Positions 1 through 9,648 of a stretch of DNA of 35,881 nt are shown piece by piece; positions within the stretch are counted from its first letter, which is position 1, and each line of letters starts with the position of its first letter. The translations under genes were made by a program, and so were the position numbers. The notes below the pieces were generated by a model. That model had not been told where the DNA came from. It saw only the letters and a program-made list of their open reading frames with translations, and did not search any database. Source of the stretch: Caldimonas sp. (GTDB lineage Bacteria > Pseudomonadota > Gammaproteobacteria > Burkholderiales > Burkholderiaceae_C); the NCBI GenBank assembly GCA_039936375.1, contig JBDTIO010000221.1:1-35881 (forward strand), given 5' to 3'.

Positions 1-767
1 GTCGTCTCGCCGACGACCGTCGCCCGTTTGAGGTTCTTCAAGTCGTAGGCAAATTCCTCGGCGCCGCTGAAAGTGTGGATCGAGGTCAGGATCCAGATCG
101 GTTTTTCCTGCCCGAATCGGGAGCCGGCAACGCTGTCCTGCGTCCAGAACTGCTCCGTGCGGTCGCCCTCGCGCCAGTAAATATCGACGACGTGCGTGCG
201 CGCATTGAACAGGTAGCTCTCGAGCAGTACCGCAGTGGCCGGATAGCCGCCACCGTTGTGCCGCAGGTCGATGATCAGCGCGTCCGGGTGCGCAACGAGC
301 GTCATCGCGGCAGCGAGCGTGTCGGCGGCCCAGTCGGTCTTCGCAAAGCTGCGCAAGTCGATGTAGCCAATGTTCCCAGGCAGACGCCGCTCCACGCGCT
401 CGACGCCGTAGTTCGAGCGCTCGTCACGCGCATGTCGACGCGCCTCCTCGCCGGCATCCGGCACGGGCTCGACGGATAACGGCTCGGGGCTGTACTCGAC
501 GTGAAGGTGCCGGTCGGCGACGACCGAATGCAACCGCTTCGTCAGATTGTCGGCAAAGGCCTGCGCCCCGGTACTGTCGTCAAAAGCGTCCGGGTCGCTG
601 CCCAGCGCCGCCTCGACCTTCGCGCCTGCCGAGGCGTCGACGTAGTGGTCGCGGATCTGGGTGATCGCACGATCGACAACGACCGCACGTGTTGCCGCAT
701 CGACCGACTGGGCGTGAGCGCCGCTGATGAGCGTGGCAAGAACAAATGGCGCAGCAAGAAGGCGCAT
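1..767 (-). CDS. S41 family (IRBP-like) peptidase, exported; 3' end runs off the window
   Basis: Not in the ORF track. Manual translation from ATG 767: MRLLAAPFVLATLISGAHAQS (signal peptide) ... DRHLHVEY ... VERLPGNIGYIDL ... ALIIDLRHNGGG ... TFSGAEEFAYDLKNLKRATVVGET, all S41 motifs. Confidence 0.9.
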   Translation of the reverse strand, partial: MRLLAAPFVLATLISGAHAQSVDAATRAVVVDRAITQIRDHYVDASAGAKVEAALGSDPDAFDDSTGAQAFADNLTKRLHSVVADRHLHVEYSPEPLSVEPVPDAGEEARRHARDERSNYGVERVERRLPGNIGYIDLRSFAKTDWAADTLAAAMTLVAHPDALIIDLRHNGGGYPATAVLLESYLFNARTHVVDIYWREGDRTEQFWTQDSVAGSRFGQEKPIWILTSIHTFSGAEEFAYDLKNLKRATVVGET

Positions 768-988
768 GACAAGTAACGGCGCAGATGACCCCGGTGTTTG
801 GCGTGAAAGTCTACGTTGACTGTGGAGTACGACTGACCGCGATTCGATCCGCCCGGAGTCGAGTCATGGCACGGCGGGTGACAAGGGCCTGTCGGTAGAT
901 TGCCGCCGCGCACCGCGCCGGGCAACCTTGACCATGGCCTCGTCTCGGTCGCCGAAGTCGCTGACACTGCAGAACCTCCGGCTCCTGC

Positions 989-2509
989 GTGGCCATCACC
1001 TTGCTCGATCTCCACCACTCCTACGCCCGCGACCTCGAAGGCTTCTCCGTGCCCTGGCGCCCGGACACGGCGCCGTCGCCCAAGTCGCTCTTCTTCAATG
1101 AGCCGCTGGCGCGCGAGCTCGGCCTCGACGTCGCCGCCTTGGCCGGCGAACCCGGCGTAGCGTTCTTTTCTGGCAACGCGCTTCCCGAAGGCGCCGAGCC
1201 CATCGCGCAGGCCTACGCCGGGCACCAGTTCGGCGGCTTCTCGCCGCAGCTCGGCGATGGCCGTGCCGTGTTGCTCGGCGAGGTGATCGATGGCACCGGC
1301 CAGCGCCGCGACATCGCCCTGAAGGGTTCGGGCCGCACGCCGTTCTCGCGCGGCGGCGACGGCAAGGCCGCCGTCGGGCCGATGCTGCGCGAGGTACTGA
1401 TCGGCGAAGCCATGCACGCGCTCGGCATTCCCACCACGCGCGCCCTCGCGGTCGTGGCCACGGGGCAGCGGGTGCAGCGCGAGGTGCCGCTGCCGGGCGC
1501 GGTGCTCACGCGCGTGGCAGCCAGCCACATTCGCGTCGGCACGTTCCAGTACTTCGCCGCGCGCGGAGACGCAGCGCGCGTGCGCCAGCTCGCCGAATAC
1601 ACGATCGCGCGGCACGACCCCGATCTCGTCGGTGCGCCCGGCCGTTTCCTCGGCCTGCTCGAACATGTCGCCGAGCGCCAGGCCGCGCTGATCGCGCAGT
1701 GGATGAACGTCGGCTTCATTCACGGCGTGATGAACACCGACAACATGACGATCTCCGGCGAGACCATCGACTACGGGCCGTGCGCCTTCGTCGAGGCCTA
1801 CGACCCGAAGGCGGTGTTCAGCTCGATCGACACGCAGGGCCGCTACGCCTTCGGCAACCAGCCGAGCATCGCCCGCTGGAACCTGGCGCGCCTGGCCGAG
1901 ACGCTGTTGCCGCTGCTCGCCGACGATGAAGATCACGCCACGGCCGAGGCCCTGCGCGTGATCGACGCTTTTCCCGCGCGCTATCGCCACCACCTGCTGA
2001 GCGGCCAGCGCGTGAAGCTCGGGCTGCATGCCGCCGCGGCCTCTTCCAACGACGCCGCCGACGCTTCGCTCGCCGACGATTGGCTCACTCTTCTGCAGGC
2101 CGGCCGCGTCGATTTCACGCTCGCCTGGCGGCGCCTGGCCGACGCCGCGGCCGGCGACGAGGCGCCCCTGCGGGCCCTCTTCGCCGACGCGAGCGCGCCC
2201 GACGCCTGGCTGCTGCGCTGGCGCGAGCGCTGGGCGCGCGACGACGCAGGCGCCTCGTCACTGAGCGGTGCCGCCGCGGGCGCTGCGCGCGCCGAGCGGA
2301 TGCGCCACGTCAACCCCTGGCTGATCCCGCGCAACCATCGCGTCGAGGAAGCGCTGACCGCGGCCTCCGACGACGAAGACCTCGGCCCCTTCGACCTCCT
2401 GCTCGCCGCGCTGCGCCAGCCGTACGACGAGACCGCCGGCAACGCCCGCTACGCCGAGCCGGCGCTGGCCGAGGTCACCGCCTGCTACAAGACCTTCTGC
2501 GGCACTTGA
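989..2509 (+). CDS. selO: Protein adenylyltransferase SelO (YdiU/UPF0061)
   Basis: AQAYAGHQFG, LGDGRA, KGSGRTPFSRGGDG, GFIHGVMNTDN, IDYGP, and a C-terminal TFCGT. Confidence 0.95.
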   Translation: MAITLLDLHHSYARDLEGFSVPWRPDTAPSPKSLFFNEPLARELGLDVAALAGEPGVAFFSGNALPEGAEPIAQAYAGHQFGGFSPQLGDGRAVLLGEVIDGTGQRRDIALKGSGRTPFSRGGDGKAAVGPMLREVLIGEAMHALGIPTTRALAVVATGQRVQREVPLPGAVLTRVAASHIRVGTFQYFAARGDAARVRQLAEYTIARHDPDLVGAPGRFLGLLEHVAERQAALIAQWMNVGFIHGVMNTDNMTISGETIDYGPCAFVEAYDPKAVFSSIDTQGRYAFGNQPSIARWNLARLAETLLPLLADDEDHATAEALRVIDAFPARYRHHLLSGQRVKLGLHAAAASSNDAADASLADDWLTLLQAGRVDFTLAWRRLADAAAGDEAPLRALFADASAPDAWLLRWRERWARDDAGASSLSGAAAGAARAERMRHVNPWLIPRNHRVEEALTAASDDEDLGPFDLLLAALRQPYDETAGNARYAEPALAEVTACYKTFCGT

Positions 2510-2519
2510 TGGGGTCTGG

Positions 2520-2987
2520 TCAGTCGAGCCCGGCTTGCTGCTTGGCCCGCATCCGCGCGTTGACGTAGGCGCCCTGCGGCACGTGCAGCAGGTCGGCGAC
2601 GCGCCAGAGTACGTGCCGCTCGTCGGCGCTGAGTTGCCCGTCGGCATAGGCGACGCGCCACATCTGCTCGACCATGCGCACCTTCTGCGCCATGTCGAAG
2701 CGTTCGTCGATGCGCGACGTGAACGGGAGCAGGTCGGTGGCGTGCGCGGCGGTGGTGTCGGCCAGCTCGGCCAGGCGATCGGCCTCGTCGGCCGACAGCG
2801 AGAACTGCTGGCGCAGCGCGTCGCGAACCGCCTGGCGCTCGGCCGGGTGGAAGCTGGCGTCGGCGCGCATCACCTCGACGAGCATGACGGCGGCAGCGAG
2901 CTGCAGGGCGCGGTCGGCGGCCTGCGGGTCGGCATCCGGCGAGGGCGCGGCGAGGCTGTCGAAGAGGTCACGAAGGGAACGAAACAT
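2520..2987 (-). CDS. TerB family (tellurite resistance-like) protein
   Basis: From ATG 2987, MFRSLRDLF; LAAAVMLVEVMRAD...ER and MWRVAYADGQLSADERHVLWRVADLL are TerB-like motifs. Confidence 0.85.
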   Translation of the reverse strand: MFRSLRDLFDSLAAPSPDADPQAADRALQLAAAVMLVEVMRADASFHPAERQAVRDALRQQFSLSADEADRLAELADTTAAHATDLLPFTSRIDERFDMAQKVRMVEQMWRVAYADGQLSADERHVLWRVADLLHVPQGAYVNARMRAKQQAGLD

Positions 2988-3062
2988 GGCCCGAATGTTG
3001 GCACGACGATGCGAGTCAGGGGGCCGAAGGCCCATCGGGGGTGGCCGCCGGGGCGGCCCGGC

Positions 3063-3144
3063 TTTCATAACGCTTCAGCCCGGATTCATACCGGCAAAGG
3101 ACTGAAGCGGGGTGCCCGGGCGACAGTACAGCCATCGACAACGC
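3063..3144 (+). promoter_or_regulatory. Conserved upstream element, copy A (three phased TTCA repeats)
   Basis: Ungapped 68/82 match to the reverse complement of 14951-15032. TTCA at 3064, 3074 and 3085. Confidence 0.75.
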
Positions 3145-3172
3145 ACTGCCCACCGACCCCCAGGAGCCCACC

Positions 3173-3322
3173 ATGAACACCCCCCTGAACTTCCGCTTTG
3201 CCGCCGCCCTTGCTTCCATCGCGATCACCTTCTCGCTGCTGTCCGGCCTGGCCGGCATGGCCAAGCCGCAAGCCTCGAATGTGCTGCTGGCACAAGCGGC
3301 CACCAGCGTGACGATCCGCTGA
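3173..3322 (+). CDS. Small hydrophobic/secreted protein A (49 aa)
   Basis: RBS AGGAG, then MNTPLNFRFAAALASIAITFSLLSGLAGMAKPQASNVLLAQAATSVTIR*. Homologous to 14725-14928. Absent from the ORF track. Confidence 0.8.
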   Translation: MNTPLNFRFAAALASIAITFSLLSGLAGMAKPQASNVLLAQAATSVTIR

Positions 3323-3435
3323 GCCGGCATCTGTCGTCTACCCGGCTGCCCGTCGGTCGGGCATGACGAACAATCCGGCCTACTGGTCCGGCCGGTCCGG
3401 CCGGGAACAGGATCGACGAGCATGAGCACGAACGA

Positions 3436-6400
3436 ATGCCGATAAGCCCTCGACGGCGCACGCAGACGCCTGCCCCGGACGCTCCGTCCGGCGGAGGCGC
3501 GCTCGCGCACGAGGCTCGGATCAGTAACGCGCTGATCGCCGAGGTCGCCGAGCGTTGCCGGGCGAGCCGCGTGCTTCTGGTGCTCTTCGAGGCCGACGCC
3601 GGCATGCGCGTCGCCGGCAGTCGCCTGCCGCGGCGCGAGCGAGCCGCCGACCTGCTGCAGGCCATCGCGCCGTGGCTGGCCGAGGCGCGCCGCACCGGCA
3701 GGGCGCGGTTGCGGCACGGCCCTCGCGACGCCACGCCGCCGCAGCAGCGCAGCTGCGTCGTCGCGCCGCTCGTGGCCGGCGACGAGTGGCTGGGTTTTCT
3801 CTACGCAGACATCGACGGCCGGCGCGGACGCTTCGATGCTGCCGATCGCGATCGACTCTCGGCGCAGGCGCGCGATGCGGCGCTGGTCCTTTCGGCCGGG
3901 CGCGTCGCCAGTGCGTTGTCGCGCCAGCTCGCGCAGCGCGATGCGGAGCTCGCCGTCATCAACAGCATCCAGTCCGGGCTTGCCGCGCAGCTCGATCTGC
4001 AGGCCGTGATCGACCTGGTGGGCCACAAGTTGATCGAGGTTTTCGCCGCCGACGCCTTGCGCATCGACCTGCGCGATCGCGATCGCGACCTCATCAGCTA
4101 CCCGTTCGTCTTCGATCACGGTGAGCGCTTTCACCCGCCGCCGCGATCGCATGCGCTGACGGCGGGCGTCAGCGGCTATGTCATGCGCTCCCGCCGGACG
4201 CTGGTCACGCACAGCAACGACGAGTTCAAGGCCTTCTGCGCCGATCACGGCATTGCCAACGTCGAGCTCGGCGGGACGACCGTCGACCACTCGTTCGTCT
4301 ATGCGCCGCTGCTGATCGACGAACAGGCGATCGGTACGATCGTCATCGGCAAGCAGCCGCCGCACGCCTTCGGCGATAGCGACGTGCGGCTTGTGACGAC
4401 GGTGGCCGCCAGCCTCAGCCTGGCGCTGCAGAACGCGCAGAGCTTCGCCGCCGAGCGGCAGCGCGCCGCCGAGCTGGCGATCATCAATGCGGTGCAGCAG
4501 GCGCTGGCCGGCGAGCTGTCGATGCAAGGCGTGTACGACGCGGTCGGAGACAAGCTGCGCGAGGTGTTCCATTCACAAGACGTCGGCATCCGCATCCACG
4601 ACGCCCAGGCCGACCAGATTCACTTTGTGTACCAGGCCCTCCAGGGCCTGAGCGAACGTCTGTCCCCCGAGGCACCGAGCGGCATGGGCCTGCACGTGCT
4701 GCGCACGGGGCGGACGCTGCTCGTCAACGAGAACCTGGCGGCGGTGGCCGAACGGCTCGCGAGTCAGTCGCTGGCCGCCGACGGGCAAATGCCAAAGGCG
4801 ATGCTCATGGTGCCGCTGCGCGTCGGCGAGCAGGTGCGAGGCATGCTGGCTCTGGCTGATGTCGAGCGCGAGAACGCGTACAGCGATTCCGACGTCCGCC
4901 TGCTCGAGACACTTGCCGCGAGCATGAGCGTGGCGCTCGAAAACGCTCGCCTGTTCGACGAGACCCAGCGGCTGCTCAAGGAAACCGAGCAGCGCAACGC
5001 CGAGCTCGCCGTGATCGCCAGCATTCAGCAAGGCCTGGCCTCGAAACTCGATCTGCAGGCCGTGATCGACCTCGTCGGCACCAAGCTGATCGAGGTGTTC
5101 TCCGCCGACTCCTTGCGCATCGATTTGTTCGACCCGGCGCGCGACGTGATCACGATCCCGTTCTACTTCGAGCACGGCGAGCGCTTCTACCCGTCCGATA
5201 TGCCGGACGCGATGGGCAAGAGCGTGTCGGGCCACGTCATGCGCACCGGGCTGGCGGTCGTCTTCGGCACCGAGCAGGAGCTGGCCGACTTCCGGGATCA
5301 CATCGGCATCGCGCCGCTGCAGATCGGCGGCGATCGGGTCGACCAGTCGATCGCTTACGTGCCCATGCTCATCGATGCCGAGCCGATCGGCACCATCGTC
5401 ATCGCCAAGGGCGCACCGCATGCGTTCAGCGAGCGCGACATCGACCTCATAAAGACGGTGGCAGCAAGCTCGAGCCTGGCGCTGCAGAACGCACGCAGCT
5501 TCGAGGCCGAGCGGCAGCGCAACGCCGAGCTCGCCGTGATCAACAGCATCCAGCAGGGACTGGTGGCGCAGCTTGACCTGAACATGATCATCGATCTGGT
5601 CGGCGACAAGTTGCGCGAGGTGTTCTCCACCGGCAGCCTGGGCATCGGCTGGTTCGACGACAAGAGCTTCACCGTGACGCCGGTGTACCTCTACGAGCAC
5701 GGAAAGCGTCTGACCGACGTGGCGCCCTTTTCGTTGCAGCGCAGCGAGCGCAACCTGCGCGTCGTCGAAGACCGTGTCGCAGTCGCGTCGACGATTCATG
5801 CGGACGTTTCCGGTGCGGTGCCCGGCACAAGCCTGCCGAAGTCCGATCTGCGCGCCCCGGTCGTTGCCGCAGGTCGGGTCATCGCGATCGTCAACCTCGA
5901 CGACTTCGAGCGCGAGAACGCCTTCGGCGACGACGACGTGCGCCTGATCACGACGGTCTGCACCGCTATGGGTATGGCGCTGCAGAGCGCGCAGCTGTTC
6001 GACGAGACCCAGCGCCTCTTGAAGGAGACCGAGCAACGCAACGCCGAGCTGGCGGTGATCGGCAGCATCCAGCAGGGCATGGCGGCGGAGCTCGACTTCC
6101 AGGCCATCGTCGATCTCGTCGGCGACAAGCTCCGCGAGGTGCTCGCCACCGGCGACCTGAGCATCGGCTGGTGGGACGTCGCGGCCAATCGGGTGCAGAT
6201 GCTCTATGGCTACGAACACGGACTGCGCCTGGACGAGGTGACCGTGCCGATCAGGGCCGGCGGCGCGACCGACCGCGTCCTCAACCGGCGCGAGGTTCTC
6301 ATCGCCGGAACGCGGGAAGAGCAGCGCCTGGTCGGCTTCCAGTTGATCGAAGGCACCGATCAGAGCCGCTCCGTCATCGGCGTGCCGATCATCGGCAGCG

Positions 6401-9400
6401 ATCGGGTGCTCGGCGTTTTCGTCGTCGAGAACCATGACCTCGATCACGCCTTCGGTGCGGCCGAGGAGCGGCTTTTGACGACCGTCGCCGCGAGCATGGG
6501 CGTGGCCCTCGAGAACGCGCGCCTGTTCGACGAGACGCAGCGGCGCGCCGCCGAGCTCGACACCGTCAACACGGTTTCGCAGCAAGTGTCCGGCCAGCTC
6601 GAGCTGGCGGCGCTGATCGAGCTCGTCGGCGAGCAGGCACGAAGCGTTTTCGAGGCCGACCTGGCCTACGTCGCGCTGCTCGACCGCGCCACCGGCACGA
6701 TCGCCTTTCCCTACCAGTACGGCGAGACGAGCCAGACCCTGCGTTTCGGCGAAGGGCTGACGAGCAAGATCATCGAAAGCGGCGAGGCGCTGATCCTCAA
6801 CTCCGATGTCGGCCAGCGCAGCGAGGAGCTTGGCGCAAGACTGATCGGCAAGGAGGCGCTGTCGTACCTTGGCGTGCCGATTTTCGTCGCCGGCCGCTGC
6901 GAAGGCGTGATCAGCGTGCAGAGCACCAAGCGCGAGGGCGTCTACGAGGCTGGCGACCAGCGGCTGCTCGAGACGATCGCCGCCAACGTCGGCGTGGCGC
7001 TGCGCAACGCCCTGCTGTTCAACGAGACGCAGGAAGCGCTGGAACGGCAAACGGCGACGAGCGAGATCCTGCGCGTGATCAGCGAGTCGCCGACCGACGT
7101 GCAACCTGTGCTCGAAGCGGTGGCGCAGCGCGCCGGCATGCTGTGCCGCGCCGATGGCGCCCGTGTCTGGTTGGTCCGCGATGGCCTCCTGCACGCGATG
7201 ACGAGCTACGGGCCGCGCTACACCGCATCGCGAGGCGACGTCCTGGCGCTGAGTCGAGCCTCGATGGCCGGCAGGGCGGCGCTGGAAAAGCACTGCATCA
7301 ACGTCGAGGATGTGCTGCCTCTGATCGATACCGAGTACCCCGAGATCCGCGAGCTGCAGCTCCGGGTCGGCTTTCGCAGCGCGCTGAACGTGCCGCTGCT
7401 GCGCGAGGGCGAGGTGATCGGCGTCATCTCGCTGTTTCGCGCCGAGGTGCGCGCCTTCGTCGAATCCGAAGTCGCACTGGTCCAGACCTTTGCGGCGCAG
7501 GCAGTGATCGCGATAGAGAACGTGCGGCTGTTCAACGAAACGACCGAGGCGCTTGCCAGCCAGTCGGCAAGTGCAGACATCCTGCGTGTGATCAGTCAGT
7601 CCCCCACCGAAGTGCAACCGGTCTTCGATGCCATCGTCTGCGCAGCCAGCCGGTTGATTGCCTGCGAGGCTGTCGGCCTGATCCGCAACGACGCCACCCA
7701 CTTCTATCCCGTCGCCAATGCGTCAGGCGGGATGCTGGAGGCCGTACACGGGCCGGCCCGAATGGCCATTGCCCCGCACACAAGCCTGCCGGCAGACGTG
7801 ATTCTCAGCAGGCAGACGCTTCACTTGCCGGACTGGTCGGTGGCCGAGTTGCCCGCGATGGTGCGCACGATTCCGCGGCTGGCCCACGTCAAATCATCGG
7901 TACACGTGCCGCTGCTGCGCGAGGGCCAATGCCTGGGTGTGCTGGTCATGGTGCGCACCGAGGTCGGCGGCTTCAACGGCAAGGAACTTGCGCTCGCACA
8001 GGCCTTTGCCGACCAGGCGGTGATCGCGATCGAAAACGTGCGGCTCTTCAACGACGCGCAAGAGGCGCGCGCTGCCGCCGAGACTGCCAACGAAGCCAAG
8101 AGCGCTTTCCTCGCGACCATGAGCCACGAGATCCGCACGCCGATGAACGCCGTGATCGGCATGAGCGGCCTGCTCCTCGATACGCCGCTGAGCGAAGAGC
8201 AGCGCGACTATGCCGGCACGATCCGAGACAGCGGTGACGCTCTCCTGACGATCATCAACGACATTCTCGATTTCTCGAAGATCGAGGCGGGCCGGATGGA
8301 TATCGAGGCGCAGCCGTTCGATCTGCGCGATTGCGTCGAGTCGGCGCTCGACCTGATCGGCGCGCGCGCCGCCGAAAAGCACCTCGACACCGCCTATCTG
8401 TTCGAAGGCGACGTGCCGGCGGCGCTGAACGGCGACGTGACGCGCCTGCGCCAGGTGCTGCTCAACCTGCTCTCCAACGCGGTCAAGTTCACCGAGCGTG
8501 GCGAGGTCGTGCTCAGCGTCAGCGCCGGGGAGGCCGACGGCCGCGCCGAGCTCACGTTCGCGGTGCGCGACACCGGCATCGGCCTGTCGGACGAAGGCAG
8601 GCAGCGCCTCTTCCAGTCGTTCTCGCAGGCCGACTCGTCGACGACGCGCCGCTACGGTGGCACGGGGCTCGGCCTGGCCATCAGCAAGAAGCTCGCCGAG
8701 CTGATGGGCGGCTCGATGTGGGTCGAGAGCGACGGCCCGGGCCGCGGCTCGACCTTCTTCTTCACGATCGAGGCGCCGCTCGCCGAATCGCCGCAGGCGA
8801 ATCGGCGCGAGCTGCTCGGCCGGCAGCCGGCGCTCGCCGGCAAGCGCGTGCTCGTCGTCGACGACAACGCCACCAATCGCAAGGTACTTGCTTTGCAGAC
8901 CGCCAAGTGGGGCATGCTGCCGCGCGAAACCGAATCGCCCGCCGAAGCCTTGCGCTGGCTGCATGGCGGCGACACCTTCGATCTCGCCATCCTCGACATG
9001 CACATGCCGGAGATGGACGGCCTCTCGCTGGCCCGCGAGCTGCATCGCTTCGCACCGGTGCTGCCGCTGGTGCTGTTCAGCTCGCTCGGCCGGCGCGAAG
9101 CCGGCGACACCGAAGGCATGTTCAACGCCTACCTGAGCAAGCCGCTGCGTCAGTCGCAGCTGTTCGACACGCTGGCCAACCTGCTCGCCGACGATCACGA
9201 GCAGCGGGCCCTGCCGGCCGGGCCGAAGTCGGCGATGGATGCCGGCATGGCGGCGCGCCACCCGCTGCGCATCCTCGTCGCCGAAGACAATGTCGTGAAC
9301 CAGAAGCTGGCGATGCGCCTGCTGCAGCAGATGGGCTACCGCGCCGACCTCGCGAGCAACGGTGCCGAAGCGATCGAGAGCGTCGAGCGGCAGCGCTACG

Positions 9401-9648
9401 ACGTGATCCTGATGGACGTGCAGATGCCCGAGATGGACGGCCTCGAGGCGACGCGCCGCATCGTCGCGCGCTGGTCCGAGGACAAGCGCCCGCGCATCGT
9501 CGCCATGACGGCCAACGCGATGCAAGGCGACCGCGAGGCGTGCCTGGCCGCCGGCATGGACGACTACGTCACCAAGCCGATCCGCGTCGAGGCGTTGACG
9601 AGCGCACTGCAGGCCGTCACACCGCGCACCGAGAAGGCGCCGCCATGA
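3436..9648 (+). CDS. Soluble hybrid histidine kinase: 9 GAF - HisKA - HATPase - REC - REC
   Basis: Repeated [10 protein letters not shown]...ALeNArLF GAF units; [15 protein letters not shown]-box; [15 protein letters not shown] and GGTGLGL boxes; two receivers (VDDN..LDMHMP, AEDN..MDVQMP). No TM segment seen. Confidence 0.95.
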   Translation: MPISPRRRTQTPAPDAPSGGGALAHEARISNALIAEVAERCRASRVLLVLFEADAGMRVAGSRLPRRERAADLLQAIAPWLAEARRTGRARLRHGPRDATPPQQRSCVVAPLVAGDEWLGFLYADIDGRRGRFDAADRDRLSAQARDAALVLSAGRVASALSRQLAQRDAELAVINSIQSGLAAQLDLQAVIDLVGHKLIEVFAADALRIDLRDRDRDLISYPFVFDHGERFHPPPRSHALTAGVSGYVMRSRRTLVTHSNDEFKAFCADHGIANVELGGTTVDHSFVYAPLLIDEQAIGTIVIGKQPPHAFGDSDVRLVTTVAASLSLALQNAQSFAAERQRAAELAIINAVQQALAGELSMQGVYDAVGDKLREVFHSQDVGIRIHDAQADQIHFVYQALQGLSERLSPEAPSGMGLHVLRTGRTLLVNENLAAVAERLASQSLAADGQMPKAMLMVPLRVGEQVRGMLALADVERENAYSDSDVRLLETLAASMSVALENARLFDETQRLLKETEQRNAELAVIASIQQGLASKLDLQAVIDLVGTKLIEVFSADSLRIDLFDPARDVITIPFYFEHGERFYPSDMPDAMGKSVSGHVMRTGLAVVFGTEQELADFRDHIGIAPLQIGGDRVDQSIAYVPMLIDAEPIGTIVIAKGAPHAFSERDIDLIKTVAASSSLALQNARSFEAERQRNAELAVINSIQQGLVAQLDLNMIIDLVGDKLREVFSTGSLGIGWFDDKSFTVTPVYLYEHGKRLTDVAPFSLQRSERNLRVVEDRVAVASTIHADVSGAVPGTSLPKSDLRAPVVAAGRVIAIVNLDDFERENAFGDDDVRLITTVCTAMGMALQSAQLFDETQRLLKETEQRNAELAVIGSIQQGMAAELDFQAIVDLVGDKLREVLATGDLSIGWWDVAANRVQMLYGYEHGLRLDEVTVPIRAGGATDRVLNRREVLIAGTREEQRLVGFQLIEGTDQSRSVIGVPIIGSDRVLGVFVVENHDLDHAFGAAEERLLTTVAASMGVALENARLFDETQRRAAELDTVNTVSQQVSGQLELAALIELVGEQARSVFEADLAYVALLDRATGTIAFPYQYGETSQTLRFGEGLTSKIIESGEALILNSDVGQRSEELGARLIGKEALSYLGVPIFVAGRCEGVISVQSTKREGVYEAGDQRLLETIAANVGVALRNALLFNETQEALERQTATSEILRVISESPTDVQPVLEAVAQRAGMLCRADGARVWLVRDGLLHAMTSYGPRYTASRGDVLALSRASMAGRAALEKHCINVEDVLPLIDTEYPEIRELQLRVGFRSALNVPLLREGEVIGVISLFRAEVRAFVESEVALVQTFAAQAVIAIENVRLFNETTEALASQSASADILRVISQSPTEVQPVFDAIVCAASRLIACEAVGLIRNDATHFYPVANASGGMLEAVHGPARMAIAPHTSLPADVILSRQTLHLPDWSVAELPAMVRTIPRLAHVKSSVHVPLLREGQCLGVLVMVRTEVGGFNGKELALAQAFADQAVIAIENVRLFNDAQEARAAAETANEAKSAFLATMSHEIRTPMNAVIGMSGLLLDTPLSEEQRDYAGTIRDSGDALLTIINDILDFSKIEAGRMDIEAQPFDLRDCVESALDLIGARAAEKHLDTAYLFEGDVPAALNGDVTRLRQVLLNLLSNAVKFTERGEVVLSVSAGEADGRAELTFAVRDTGIGLSDEGRQRLFQSFSQADSSTTRRYGGTGLGLAISKKLAELMGGSMWVESDGPGRGSTFFFTIEAPLAESPQANRRELLGRQPALAGKRVLVVDDNATNRKVLALQTAKWGMLPRETESPAEALRWLHGGDTFDLAILDMHMPEMDGLSLARELHRFAPVLPLVLFSSLGRREAGDTEGMFNAYLSKPLRQSQLFDTLANLLADDHEQRALPAGPKSAMDAGMAARHPLRILVAEDNVVNQKLAMRLLQQMGYRADLASNGAEAIESVERQRYDVILMDVQMPEMDGLEATRRIVARWSEDKRPRIVAMTANAMQGDREACLAAGMDDYVTKPIRVEALTSALQAVTPRTEKAPP

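Noticed and set aside
2495-2512. Selenocysteine read-through at the selO TGA
   Set aside because: The protein already ends in the Cys-type TFCGT motif and the convergent terB stop follows within about 10 nt.
3072-3108. Hairpin gcttcag...ctgaagc suggesting a riboswitch or ncRNA (GGCAAA reminiscent of c-di-GMP-I)
   Set aside because: The 3' arm is not conserved or compensated in copy B, and the other c-di-GMP riboswitch motifs are absent. A DNA-level element fits better.
8331-9644. N-terminal 438 aa of the 1440-aa ORF, as a possible overlapping gene or frameshift fusion
   Set aside because: Arg/Ala-rich off-frame reading of HK1. The ATGA overlap at 9645 explains the real start.
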